From assembly GCA_051294375.1 (NCBI GenBank), contig CM119268.1:1-44403 (forward strand): DNA of 44,403 nt, read 5' to 3'. Positions 24,420 through 38,043 of this stretch are shown here, piece by piece. Under the pieces are notes generated by a model. The model worked only from the letters and a program-made list of their open reading frames with translations, searched no databases and was not told where the DNA came from. The position numbers and the translations under genes were made by a program. The stretch is from Paraspadella gotoi. Its lineage: Eukaryota; Animalia; Chaetognatha. Position 1 is the stretch's first letter, and each line of letters starts with the position of its first letter.

Positions 24420-27400
24420 AAAATAATAAACAAGTTCATAATTATTACAAGAAAACCTTTTATAACTATTGAGTCAACATTCAGATAAGATTTTAACTTT
24501 GTGAAAAAAAATCGCCTCATAACCCTTTTAGTCAATTTTCAACCAGTATTTTATGGTCTTAATTTAAACTTACCCTAATATCCAACAAAATAAGAATTTT
24601 TTAAAAATCACTACTTCGATCAATAAAAAGTNNNNNNNNNNNNNNNNNNNNNNNNNNNNNNNNNNNNNNNNNNNNNNNNNNNNNNNNNNNNNNNNNNNNN
24701 NNNNNNNNNNNNNNNNNNNNNNNNNNNNNNNNNNNNNNNNNNNNNNNNNNNNNNNNNNNNNNNNNNNNNNNNNNNNNNNNNNNNNNNNNNNNNNNNNNNN
24801 NNNNNNNNNNNNNNNNNNNNNNNNNNNNNNNNNNNNNNNGTAATGTAATTTCATTCCATTTTTTTTATCTAAAATTTACAATTTTTGAATGAGAGAAAGT
24901 GAAGAATATCTAGCCTCGTTTTCTCCTTCTATCACTTGTGACCAGAAAAGTACAAATTTCTTCTATATATCAATTTTTTGCTGAGTGTTGAATCAATGTT
25001 TTACTAAAGAACGGTTTCTGTTTTTCATTCATTCATTTCACCGTCTGAAACGTTGTTTCTATGAGTTTCTAAACCATGTTTTTTTCCCTTATTTTCTCTC
25101 ATTAAACATACATTTTGAACTCTTGTCGACTCATTTTTGGACGGGGGACGCTTTGAACGTTAGTTCGCCTCGTCCGTGAGAAAATAAAATTCTTTCTTTC
25201 AGAGAGAGAGAGGAGAGAGAAAGAGATGAGAAAATAAAGAAAAGAGAATAAGTCAGATTGTATTGTCCGGTTCTGGGGCTTTATTTATTTTCTTTTTCTC
25301 GTTTATTTTCCTTGATATTGATTCATAAATTATAATGTATTTGCTTTAAAATATATAAAATTTTCCAATTGCTTAACTGAGAAACAACTTTTTATTTAGT
25401 TAAATATATAACCAAAAACTAAAATTCGCCATGGTCACGTGACCAATTCTCCATCAATCATCAGTTCGCCAAATTGATATGATTTTTTAAAAAATTGCTA
25501 AAATCTGCAGTAAGATCCTGAATATTTTTTTGGAATATTAATTATTGTTGATTCTTCAAAATATAAACTACTTATAGGTAAAGGAATCACTAGCATCAGA
25601 GCAACATTTTTGAAAATTATATATTGCAATATGATCCGCTCCTTACCTGTATTAATAAGACGGCACGATACGGCGCCGCTGGCATAGCACTGGCTGGCGG
25701 ACGCTTAGTGTCGGGACGCTGATTAAGCGAACCGGCGCTAAGAGGCATTAGAGACGCGGTGCCGAGGAACGGAGCAGACGAGATTTGAATTATTTTTCTT
25801 TCTTTAATTATGCAAATTATGTCACTTAGCTATGGGAAGCCTAAATATATATATTATTTTATATTATTTACTTACTCCTCTTTACTTGTTGTACATAATG
25901 GCTAATATACTCTGTTGAACGTAGTAAAGTGGTTGTCGCTGATAGGACGCCACGGAGAGTACCCATTACTAAGTTGATATTTAATACATTTGGCTGGTGA
26001 TTGCGCCTGGTGATACACGCGGTCTCGGTGGCAGGTGAGCGAGCTAACCTCTAACCAGGCAAGATTGAAGTTGGGCGATACAGCGAGTGAGCAGAGCTGA
26101 AGCCAGAAGCGTTGGGCGTTACAGCCAAGCTGAGCCATGGCTGAAGCCAGAAGGTGGATTAAAGCCGAAGAACGAAGCGGCATCAAGAGCCAAGTCAGCG
26201 CCAAGAGCGAAGCTTATTAACTAATTTATTTTGGGATTTAGATCATTCAGTTTACAGGCTGGTACATATTATCATCGCGCAGATAGAAACGGAGAAATTG
26301 TGTCCGGTCACTCACACAGTCATCAAATAAAACGAATTATCACTGCTCTCTCATTTGTTTATTGCCTGCTGAGATTGTTATTAATTATTGCCGCAATCAT
26401 TGTCTGAGCCATAAATTGTGAGAACGAAAATGGAATTGATTTGAAGCTTGTAGCCCGCCAAAATACAAAACATGGAAAGTTTATTGCGTTATTTTTCTAA
26501 CGCTGATAATTTAAATGAATTAGGAGTGAAGCGTTTTAGTCTTGCCTTGGCTTCCGTGTAGAGGATTTCCGGAGATTTGCCCTTTTGGTCACCATGACCC
26601 GACCCTGACGCCCATTGCTGAGGAGATGATGCAGCGTCAATTGATCGGAAATTCTCCGCGATCTCTTACAGAATGAAACTCGGTTTGATAATCAGTTTTC
26701 CCGCATCGTGCTTGACCAATTTGCTCACGCCGTCATGAGCCTGACCAAGACGCCAACCAGCAGGTCAGAGTTAGAGACAGAATTGTTCCTTGCAAGAGCG
26801 CAGTTGAGATACGAGAAGAGAAATAGAGAAATGCAGAAACGCCGGGTTGTTGCCGAAGCTCAGGGGGAAAACGAAATTTACTATGACCAAGTAGAAAAGC
26901 CAGCAGTGGTTCTGCTTTCCACATCGGCGGTGCCTGTATTATTAGACTATTCAATCGTTGAGCCTCTACCCGTGCAAGACATGAAAATATGGACAGATCC
27001 GTCTGCAAAAGCAGCCAACAACGCTGGTAGAAGCAGAGGGAGAAAAAAACCCAGTAAATAAAACGCCGCTCACGCACTCTTCAGTCTCATTTCCGATCGA
27101 AGATGCAGAAACGCAACTGACGCTGACTACGAAGTTGCCGACGACACATTTCAAAGAAAAGCCACGGTCGATCGGAATGATGCCAATGGTGAGTTCTTCT
27201 CCAAATCCGATGATGCTGCTGACGGGAAAGACAAAGCTGGAAATGATGTTTTTCAACATGGAGAAAGTCGGGTCAGGAATTTGGCAAAGTCAAAACAGCC
27301 TCTTCCATCATGAGTTCATCAGCGCAGAGTTAAAGGGCTTGAAAATTTACTGCCTTTCCGCGAAAAAGAAAATTCGAGTTTATATTCGCCGTGTTGCTGA

Positions 27401-28504
27401 TTTTTCTTAAAAGGAAATTTGAAAAAGGAGAAATTCACTCCAATTTGTGGAGGCTCATGCCCGGATGGCCGCCGACGCTGTCATCAATTTGAAATTTCAC
27501 GGTCAACTCTAAGAAGAAAAATAGGAGAACAGGTATGGCTTTGCCCATTCAAATCTCTGGAAATGTTAAGTGAATATGGACGAAAATGACTTAAAAGTGA
27601 CATTTTCTTGAATTGGAACCTTTGCCACATGTTCAAAAAATAGATTTGCCAAGAAGCACTTATATTTAAAATGACGGATGTTTGCCTTATAAACATTGAA
27701 ATTTGACGGATTTATGAGTTGTCATGGCTAAGAAGAGTGTCATGTCTCTATCCATACCTTCACAAAAAGGGAGTTGAAGGTAAATATTTGCGATGTTGAT
27801 GTCGCTGATTCGGGGGAAAGGATTCATCCCCTGAAGTCACATGTTGAGGTTATGGTGAAGAAGAGCGCCATGCCTCCCTTTCAATATTACAACAAAAAAA
27901 AGGGGGAAAGCTTTGCCCCCCAAGTCACACGTTGGTTGCGGCGAAAAAGAGCGCCGTGACAATGCTCTTTCTTCAGCTCAGGAAAAGTTAGCTGAAGGGA
28001 AGAGAAATGAAACTTATTCAAAATAGAGGTTTGGACGCAAAGGCAGCCAGAGTTAAAAAAAAAAAAAAAATGGTAAACAGACGTCACTCTTAAAACCATG
28101 AGAATTAATCCGATTAATAATTGATGTTAATTACCTAATGGGTTCTATGAAAAAGTCAACGTTACTTTAAAGGAAAGGGATTCACGGAACGGAGACAGTA
28201 AAAATTAACAAGTTACAGTTATGGCTTTATTTATGAATGTACTTGGGTTGACTGGTTATTGGTGTGTGATATGTTATTTATTATCATTATGAGTGGAATG
28301 TGNNNNNNNNNNNNNNNNNNNNNNNNNTCTTATAATTATTACTTGGAGCCGTTTAATACAACTTGCTTGAAACTGTATTTGAACTGTTATTTATAGTCGT
28401 TTGGATTAGTTTCATTATTCACCAAACTGATGAAACCATGTTATTGCCTCCGAGCGAAAACGGGTGGAGGGGAAGGAGAAGTGAGTTTCTCTCGGAGTCA
28501 AGAC

Positions 28505-28661
28505 GACGAAGTCACGAGGTGCTGCAGAGACGAAGTTACGAGGTGCTGCAGACGATGAAGTACGAGGTGCTGCAGCAGACGAAGTTAGAGGTGCTGCAGA
28601 GAAGACTTAGAGGTGCTGCAGAGAAGACGTTAGAGGTGCTGCAGACAAGACGTTACAGGTG
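28505..28661. repeat. Minisatellite, 21-24-bp unit with core GAGGTGCTGCAG
   Basis: Six full cores plus a partial one, separated by related agacgaagttac-like linkers. Confidence 0.9.
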
Positions 28662-29449
28662 CCACCTTGCTCTGCCAATGATGAAGACATTCATTACGGA
28701 GCGCTCTCACCCTCTCCTGACCACGGCTGCTAGACCAGCAGCGACAGAAATTACAAGAGGATGTACCAAAGTGTGAATTAAACTGACACCCTCCGCAGCC
28801 ACGGAAAAAGACATATCCTAAACAAAGGGTGCTTGCAGTAAATGCCAGAATGACAGGAGGCATAATGAAGAAATTTGGTGTTGGACCGAAGCGTAGGAGA
28901 TCACGTGTGGTGTGCCCAGCTGTCATTTTACTGAAAGGAGGTGAAAGCAGGGAAGATAAACCAAAGAAAAAGAAATTAATTTTGTTTAATGTTGTTCTCC
29001 CGCATTGATTTCGAGTAGCATAATTCTTGTAGACTATTTCATTTTGGCGGAGTTTGATGGGCTGGAGGAGCTCTTGCCTGACAAAGACGGGTAAAACCGG
29101 GGGAGGATGGAGTTTAATATGGAGTTTATAACGGGTCAAATTTTTATAAGAAAGTAATTTATTGGATTTGTTTAAAGTGTGAAGAGAGGGTAGAATGTGA
29201 CGTGGAAAAAGAGCATATATTAAGAGCGGTTTTATTGTTTAGAGGTTCTAGTAGTTTTGATAACTTAGATGTGGGACATGGTGAAATAAAAATTTTATAT
29301 TCATGTTTTTTTAATAATAACAATTTGTTTTTGACATTTATATATTTAAAAAGGGAAAGAAAGACAAAATCTCAGTCGGCCACCGAAGAAAGTAAAAGTA
29401 TTTACCCTTCAAATTCTCGCATTACACTCCTTAGCATAGTAACCAACAC

Positions 29450-31900
29450 TAAATAAAAAGTGAATTTTGGTATGAACAACACATTCCATAAGGAGAGGGG
29501 GAAGAATCAAAGCCAAAGTAAACTAAAATCAATGAGTATAAGCACACACGGGTGATCTGAATTACATGCCAGAACTTACGTCAAAATGGGTCTTCCTTGT
29601 ATATGGTGGGACCTGCGGAATGGAACAACCGGAAAACGTGATAGGTAATGAGGTTGGGGCTGGAAAGCGGAAGGTTGGGGCGATGGCCGTAAAGAAATTC
29701 CGTGATGTTCCACACGCATATTGTTGAATGTAGACATTGGCGAACAATGCGGGTGTACATCACGCAGGTTATGTGAGGAATTTTTGAGCTAAAAGAAATA
29801 GTAGTAGTATAGAAAGCAGTTATTTACAAAAAGCCGTATTATAAGACAATACAGATTAGGAGAAATAAGTAATATTGCTACCTCCAGGATTTCACCGGAA
29901 GAAAGGAATGAAGCAGATCGTAGGCTTTTTAGCGCGCATTTACTTCTTAGCTCCAATTTTGCTTCCAGGGTATTGAACCTCGGATCTAAAAAGAGAATAC
30001 AAAAAAATATATTGGTTTCCCTGCAAGTGTAAGACACAACCACTATGAAATTTGTGTGCCGTAGGAACGTAAGGCCTGAGCAGGCTGTACCAAAGGTGCG
30101 ATTTGCTGTGAGCGTATGAGTGTTTTTAGAGCAAAAAAGTAAGTGACGGTTTTGCTGGCTGCCAAGTTTGCCGTTCTGGGGCTCAAAGTTTAAATGATGA
30201 AAAAAAAGTGCACACTTAACAACCTCTTATCAAATCCGGTGTTCGTAGTGGTGAGGATACTTCAGGCGAAGAGACATCCCTTGCATTTTCCTATACGCCA
30301 ATATGAGTACTTAAGTGAATTTTAGCCTTTCCAAATTGCCCAGAGCTGACGGAGGGACTAATCCGCATCATGCTCAACCACTTAACCCAGTTTGTTTGGA
30401 AAAAAAAATTTGTGTAGGTTCGAAATAAGAAGGTCGCCACGTTGCGCCCGAAAAACTGTGTGCATTTTGATTGCAAAAACTATTTAAACTTTTATGCTGG
30501 GGCCAAATTGTGGGGACCTGTAATAAAGTAAACCTAATTTTTTAGATGGCACCCAGACTATGGCAGCGCTGGCGTTGTGGGTACCAGCACAAGTAAAGCT
30601 AATGCCATAGCGGGCCCTGGTTACTGGTAGTGTTCATATGAAAACATTTTATTAGAATTGGTGGCACCGCGTCGTTGATACATTCTTGGAAGTATTTAAT
30701 GTTTTGGTCAACAAAGTAGTAATAAATGGCTCGAATGAGACATGTAAAAATATAAGTTTTGATATAGACTCAAGATCAATTTTTGAAAGCGTAAACCATC
30801 TTCTAGGGCGGGTAAGACACCCATTTAAAATGTTAGATGAACCATACTGCAATATATGAAGCCGACGATCTGGGATCTGTTAAAACCGCGAAGACATACT
30901 ATAGAAGACCGGCGGCGCCCGTTTATGCCAATGGAGAAGGAAGGAAACGGAAGATATAGGACCTACCGGTGCAAGCCCCAAGGTCCGAATGAACTTAGCG
31001 CACTTCAAATAGCTGACAAGACAATTGAGATTTTTTGAATTAATGTTTTCCCTGTTCTATTAATTTATTTTGCCGGGAGAGATGAGTGTCACAGTTCTAT
31101 GGGAGAAGAATGTGGTTTTTATTGATAGTTTAAGAACTAGCAAATAGATAAATGTGACCATTAATTTTATATTATTAGATAAATTTATAAAGAGTATTTA
31201 TGAATATAATTAATTTAGGCGAAAAATAAGTGTTAATCCAAGAAACCTATTGTAATATAACTCTGGTCTCCTTCTATCTTTGTATCTAGTTGGATAAAAT
31301 AACTGCATAGCAGATGATTGTCACTATTAAAATATTAACCCTCCCTGGTTTCGACATAGAATGTAGTTATACAGAGCAGTCGCACTGCTTGGTCCTTTAG
31401 TTGCTGACGAGGGCTAGGACCCTCAACCCAGTCTTAGGATAAAGTACGAGGTTACCTTTAAAGGTTGGATAAAGTGTTGTTCAAAAATTAGGGAGGTTTG
31501 GATATATGTCATAAGTGGAAAAGCAAACGATTTAGGAAAGAGTAGAGTTTTAGATAATAATAATCGTTTAATTCTTAATTGGGCGACTGAATTCCGGGAT
31601 TGATCAAAATCACGTGGGGCCCAGATCTTCCAAGAGGGAGAGAAGTAGATAAACTAAAACTTGTATTTATAAAGGAGATACAAGGTGCATTCTAGTATAT
31701 GGTCCATATTTTATTCTTTATTAGGTAACCGTATAATAAAGGAATTTCCTGAAGAATGAGGCGCAGATATTTTGTCACTTAATATTTGAGGGTTGTAGTT
31801 CTGAGTTCTTCTCAGCAAGTGGAATGGGTGCAGTAACTATAAGTAAGGGGTAAGGCCGCACTCACGATGGACAAAAAAATTCTTATATGTGACGTACCTA
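29450..31900 (-). pseudogene. Degraded L1/Tx1-like ORF2 RT remnant
   Basis: Minus-strand remnants in order: KSAP..G.P (~31775), RPI..LN.DY (~31585), KPGR (~31345), IN.KKS (~31040), ISKLIF (~30755), TLPVTRARYGI (LP..GG.G-like, ~30620). Many frameshifts; ends uncertain. Confidence 0.5.
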
Positions 31901-33081
31901 TACCCTAATAATAAGGAAGTGAATTAAATTTTTAAATAATTATATTTATAAATAAGGGACCGAAAAATTTATTGAAAAATTTTAATTTCAAAACCAGATT
32001 CAAGATAGCTCATAATGAGAAAAGTTGGTCTAAAAAAAGACCTTAAGGGATTATGTTTCTTTTTAAATTTAAGCTTGTACGGGTATTTTATTTTTCCAGT
32101 GATTAAGATAGTTGACAATTGTTGCTTAATTTTTTCTCTTCTTTTTCGTTAGTTCAGATAAGATAAGCAGATTCTCGAAAACTGGAATAAGATTTTTTAG
32201 TTATATAATTTTTATGCAACGGCATATTATATTTGGGTAGCAACATTATTATTTTTGGGAGCATGTTAATCGACTTCTTGTATTTTTCGAGTCTTAATTC
32301 CATCAAGCATTTGAATCAGTTGTAGTTTTTCACAATTCATAAAGAGAGTATTGCTGCGCATAATTGGAAGTTTAGGAGAGAATAGAGAATAATTGAAAGG
32401 AAACGCCATAATTGTATGTAGATTGATTTAAAAAATCTTAAAAAGTGTTTTCCCTTTGATGAAGAGTTAAACGAATGTTCGGAGAGGAGGAGAGAGAGAT
32501 TGTCCAACAAAGAATTGAGAAAGGACAGTGGGGTCAGAATTCAGGAACAGGCTGAATTCTTCTCGTATTGGGTATTGAGGGACCACATATTTATATTTTT
32601 AAACTTAAAAATATTTTCAACTTTAAAAATTAAACGATTTTCGGAATTTCTATTTTTTCTCAGTCGCGCGCATCCCACATTTCGTCCAACATTTCGTCTC
32701 GTCCACCTGGATTACCTCATCAAAGCTCAAGTTTCTTTTTTATTAGGCGTTTTCAACGATTTCCCTTTTGCTTAATTTTGAAATTTTGAAATACAATACT
32801 AACCCTAATCAATTTTTATCCCGTTTTTGAAAAATCTTATATTTAGTTTAAATAAATTTTCTTTAAATATTAACCTACGGTATTGTGAACGACCGTCTCG
32901 CCAGCGCGTTTTTCCTTTTATCAGAAAATTTTGCTAGCTCTATTTTTTTTAAACGATTACACAAAAATTTTTCTTTCGGATTTTTCCCTCGATTAAAAAG
33001 ATCGAAAAATTTTTGGCTTATCTGTTCGCAGATCTAGTAATTTTTTTTTCAATTTACAACTAGCACTCTTTCCAAATCACA

Positions 33082-33795
33082 ATGGATCATCTCTTGGACC
33101 TGGAGGCCCCTCAGGGTCGAGGAGCTCGCCGCGCCTTCACATCACCCTCAGCCGACAATCTCAAGCGACGCCGCATGGAGGACGTCATCTCTCCACCCAC
33201 CATCACCATCGACGTCGCCACCCCAACCACATCGCCTCCACCATCGCCGGATCAGGACGACGCATTCAAGACACCACGANNNNNNNNNNNNNNNNNNNNN
33301 NNNNNNNNNNNNNNNNNNNNNNNNNNNNNNNNNNNNNNNNNNNNNNNNNNNNNNNNNNNNNNNNNNNNNNNNNNNNNNNNNNNNNNNNNNNNNNNNNNNN
33401 NNNNNNNNNNNNNNNNNNNNNNNNNNNNNNNNNNNNNNNNNNNNNNNNNNNNNNNNNNNNNNNNNNNNNNNNNNNNNNNNNNNNNNNNNNNNNNNNNNNN
33501 NNNNNNNNNNNNNNNNNNNNNNNNNNNNNNNNNNNNNNNNNNNNNNNNACAGGATTATAGGATTGGAGGCGAAACAAGAAAGCTTCAACGAGAGCTTAAT
33601 GACTTCAATAGAATACCTTACATCACAGGTCCAGCGCCTGCTTGCAGCTCAGCAGGCGCCAACGGCGATGCCACACAGGTCCACAGGCGACCTCAACCAA
33701 AGATTGTGCCAGTTTTCAGGTCAGCAGCATCCGGACAACGCCGATGTGGTAGGAGCCTCCACCACACCCATGGATTACCAGACGTCAGGCACCAA
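33082..33795 (+). CDS. Gap-interrupted P/T-rich ORF fragments, possibly retroelement ORF1/gag N-terminus
   Basis: ATG at an abrupt AT-to-GC transition, KRRR basic patch, coiled-coil-like segment after the gap. Contiguity across the Ns is unknown. Confidence 0.3.
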
Positions 33796-34542
33796 NNNNN
33801 NNNNNNNNNNNNNNNNNNNNNNNNNNNNNNNNNNNNNNNNNNNNNNNNNNNNNNNNNNNNNNNNNNNNNNNNNNNNNNNNNNNNNNNNNNNNNNNNNNNN
33901 NNNNNNNNNNNNNNNNNNNNNNNNNNNNNNNNNNNNNNNNNNNNNNNNNNNNNNNNNNNNNNNNNNNNNNNNNNNNNNNNNNNNNNNNNNNNNNNNNNNN
34001 NNNNNNNNNNNNNNNNNNNNNNNNNNNNNNNNNNNNNNNNNNNNNNNNNNNNNNNNNNNNNNNNNNNNNNNNNNNNNNNNNNNNNNNNNNNNNNNNNNNN
34101 NNNNNNNNNNNNNNNNNNNNNNNNNNNNNNNNNNNNNNNNNNNNNNNNNNNNNNNNNNNNNNNNNNNNNNNNNNNNNNNNNNNNNNNNNNNNNNNNNNNN
34201 NNNNNNNNNNNNNNNNNNNNNNNNNNNNNNNNNNNNNNNNNNNNNNNNNNNNNNNNNNNNNNNNNNNNNNNNNNNNNNNNNNNNNNNNNNNNNNNNNNNN
34301 NNNNNNNNNNNNNNNNNNNNNNNNNNNNNNNNNNNNNNNNNNNNNNNNNNNNNNNNNNNNNNNNNNNNNNNNNNNNNNNNNNNNNNNNNNNNNNNNNNNN
34401 NNNNNNNNNNNNNNNNNNNNNNNNNNNNNNNNNNNNNNNNNNNNNNNNNNNNNNNNNNNNNNNNNNNNNNNNNNNNNNNNNNNNNNNNNNNNNNNNNNNN
34501 NNNNNNNNNNNNNNNNNNNNNNNNNNNNNNNNNNNNNNNNNN

Positions 34543-35925
34543 GGAGCAGAAGATTAGTGGTCAATGGGAACCCTTAGGCTTTTTCTCAGCCCCACTAGCT
34601 CAGAACCGGTCAAAATGGCCACCTTTCGACCGGGAACTCCTTGCCGCACATCGCTCAGTCCGGCACTTCAGGCCCTTCCTGGAAGGGCGCTACTTCGTTC
34701 TGTTCTCTGACCAGAACAGCCTAGTTCCCGGCATACGCAAGAAATCTGAGCCACACTCAATGCGTCAAATATATCAATTATCTGCCATTTCCGAATACAC
34801 AACAGACATCTGATACATCGAGGGCAAGGCCAACGTGGTAGCGGACACACTATCAAGAATCATCAGCCCAGCAAGCAGTGGCCCAGAACCTGAAGGATCA
34901 TCAGGACCTTCAGAAATGCCCTCGTTGGTCGCAACGGTCAAGGCAGTTGCCCCCAAGGCGTCGATTTTGCCGCTTTAGCCAGCGACCAAAGTTCCGACGA
35001 GGGGATCCAGCGACTCCTGGCGGACGCCCACACCAGCCTGCGATTCAAGATAGTTCGCCTGAATGACTTTGACATCATCTGCGATGTCAGTTCAGGAAGG
35101 GCGCGCCCCTTGGTTCCCACAACATGGCGCCGTTGAGTTTATGATGCCATCCACAACCTCGCTCACCCGAGCGTCAGATGCACAAAAAAGCTGGTAACAA
35201 AGAGATTTGTTTGGCCAAAAGCCGCGTCAGACGTGGCAAAATGGGCTCAGGCCTGCCTTGACTGCCAGCGCAGCAAGGTACAACGACACACCCAGGCTCC
35301 ACTACAACCTTTCAAAGCACCATCGAGGCGTTTCGAACACGTTCACATTGACTTGCTGGGTCCCTTGCCCACTTCAGGCGGTTACACGTATCTTTTAACC
35401 TGTGTAGACCGTTTTTCTCGTTGGCCTGAAGCATATCCCCTTCGGGATATCTCCGCAGTAACCGTAGCAACAGCCTTCCTTCAGAACTGGATCGCCAGAT
35501 TCGGCGTACCAGCCACAGTCACTTCCGACCATGGAACACAATTCACTTCTGAATTGTGGCATCAGCTGAGCCAAGCTATAGGCGACAAGCTCAACACCAC
35601 CACAGCTTACCACCCACAGGCGAACGGGATGGTCGAACGGTTTCACCGTACCATGAAGGCATCATTGAAAGCGCATTGTGATGCATCCGGCGCAAATTGG
35701 TTCAATCAACTACCCTGGGTCTTATTAGGACTCAGGTCTGCACCAAAAGAAGACCTACAAGCATCACCAGCAGAACTTGTATTCGTGGCCAACAGTGTCA
35801 CTCGCTAGCTACGCCCTACTTGGGCCCTTACGAAAAGTAGTCTCAGAGATGACAAGACCTTCACAAGTTGGACATCCCTGGCGCGAGGACAAAAGAAGAT
35901 CTCCATCGACAGGATCAAGCCAGCC
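34543..35925 (+). pseudogene. pol: Gypsy pol: RNase H, integrase (HHCC and DDE core) and GPY/F remnant
   Basis: WEPLGFFS...FDRELLA...SDQNSL; HNLAHPS...CLDC; HVHIDLLGPL, TSDHGTQF, YHPQANGMVERFHR; PYLGPY and ISIDRIKP. In-frame stops at 34811 and 35134, a frameshift, and an apparent deletion after ELVF. Confidence 0.95.
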
Positions 35926-36773
35926 AACAACAGAACCGGATGTCCAACCAACACCACTCCAAGCAGCCCCAAGAAGAGGACGACCACCCAGCAGCAACAG
36001 GCGAGTCGTTTCCTAAAGGGGAAAGTCAAACAAATTATAAAACAAGAGTCAGCCCAGCGGCCGACTCCACTCATTCCCAACATTTATAATCCTCAAGGCG
36101 ACCCAACCTCAACAGCAACGTCAACAAGAACCTCCACAGCAACAGCCACCACGACAACGTGATCCACTCGACAACCAACACGAATCGCAACCTCAGAGAC
36201 AAGCACGTGCGAAGACAATACCATCGTCTGGGTTTCCTGAAGGACTAGATATATATTGTATTAGATGTTTAAGATCTATCAGTCATTCGGCGAGATCCGT
36301 GATTGTTACGATAAACCGGTATACAAGCACTATCACCATTATCACCAGTTGGTCACTGTTTACGATTAATCACAACTGTGCCTAACAGACAGTAATCATC
36401 AACAGCTGGTTATTTTTACCATTTAACCAAGTCTTTCTAACAGCAAGAAATAATCATAACACTGTTTTTGACAAACAAATCAAATTTTTCCTATCTCCCT
36501 ACTTCCTTTTTGTAAAAATTTCTTTTCCCAACAATTTTTTTTTTTTTTTTGGAAGAGATATATGTAAATATTTATTGTAGAAGACAAACCCCTTTTAGTG
36601 GGTCCCCCCAATTGTTTTCTCCTAGATCTTATTGTGCCCAAATATTCCCCAAAGGAGAAACATATATTGTAAAGTAGCTATTGTGTTCCTAAACTAGTAG
36701 TAGACAAAGTCACCCTCAACTGTAAATAGGGTCAGTTCGAGCCCCTAGGAGGTTCCGAACTTGGAGGGGGGGA

Positions 36774-37034
36774 TGAAGGCGACTTACACCGGTCTCTCTC
36801 TCTAAACCCGTTCTCTCTCCCTCTTTACTCCTAGCCGGTCTATTCCACACGCGTCACTTTGCCTAGCGTCTTGTGGCAATGACCTTAGATTAGACGCGGA
36901 CAACAGGTAATGGGCGCGAGGCCGACCGGTGAAGGTCAAGTTGGTCCGGCGGATGATAAAGTGGAATCAGGAGAGAGCTCGTCTCATTGTCTTTTCTACT
37001 TCTCGTTACATTTTGTCACACATTCTTCACCTTC
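36774..37034 (+). repeat. Putative 3' LTR (~260 bp)
   Basis: Starts TGAAGG directly after the PPT; ends near caccttc (imperfect inverted terminus) where composition returns to AT-rich. Confidence 0.6.
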
Positions 37035-37481
37035 TTACTCACTTTTATTATTACTGATTTTCGTCTCTACAAAATTTTATATTTCGGCATATTCAACTAA
37101 TTTTGTAAATATTTATCACAACTCTAATAATTATTAATTAAAAAAAATATAAAAATGATTAAATATATACACAAAAAATATTTATAAATTTAATAATAGT
37201 ACAAATTATCAGAATAACAAAAAAAGTAATGTTTAATTTCACTATATCTCTCTTCTCGACTACTATTTTAGATATTATATCATACGCTGCAGAGCCGGAA
37301 CTCGTTTTTAGACAAATCAGAAGAAGCAGTGATTTTGTATTGGGAAGAAAAGCGTGGAATAAATGGCGATAATAAAGTTTTTAGAAGAAGAGAGAGAGAC
37401 ATAAAGAGGATACAGAGAGAGACAGAGAAAGAGAGAGAAAAAGAAAACTGAACAGCTGCTGGAACGCAGCTGTACAGCAGA

Positions 37482-37762
37482 GTGATGTGAAAATGATAAA
37501 ATTTTAGAAAATTAAACTTCAGCATATCAAGCATTGAAATAAAAACCAACAAAAATACTTTGGTAAATTTACTTTTTAATTTTATACATTAGTGGGCACC
37601 AGTGAGCTATATTTATATAGTAATAAGTATATAATAGGCTAAAATTTCAATATGAAAATTTTTAAATTTTGAGATCGGATTTGGATTTCTTACATAAAGT
37701 TGATATAAGAAAGTATAATTCTTTTTTAAAAATTCTTTCATTAAGTTGGTCAAAAATGTAAA
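37482..37762. repeat. Dispersed AT-rich repeat, copy 2
   Basis: Homologous to 669-946. Confidence 0.85.
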
Positions 37763-38043
37763 CAAGTTTGAGCAAACAATGTCGGATCTGCCTACGATAA
37801 TTAATTAATTAATTAATCGATAAAGTAAATGTGACTCATATTTTTTTATTTAAATTTATTTCTACTTGTATGTTTCCAACGAAACTTTATATCAAGCTTC
37901 GTCACGGTTCCATTGGGATTCCTCCCAACAGGATTCCTCCCACNNNNNNNNNNNNNNNNNNNNNNNNNNNNNNNNNNNNNNNNNNNNNNNNNNNNNNNNN
38001 NNNNNNNNNNNNNNNNNNNNNNNNNNNNNNNNNNNNNNNNNNN

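Larger units (their letters stand above)
34543..37034 (+). mobile_element. 3' half of a Ty3/gypsy element, CsRn1/Kabuki-like
   Basis: pol remnant, 3' UTR, PPT ggagggggggA (36763-36773), then TGAAGG. Clade inferred from integrase motifs and the PPT. Confidence 0.8.

Noticed and set aside
28505-28661. CRISPR-like array
   Set aside because: The core is only 12 bp, spacers are 7-12 bp and mutually similar, there are no cas genes, and the context is eukaryotic.
28630-29139. 169-aa minus ORF as a LINE C-terminus
   Set aside because: Only vague GHT/Cys resemblance; insufficient evidence.
33082-34813. 491-aa and 416-aa ORFs
   Set aside because: Their length comes from N runs.
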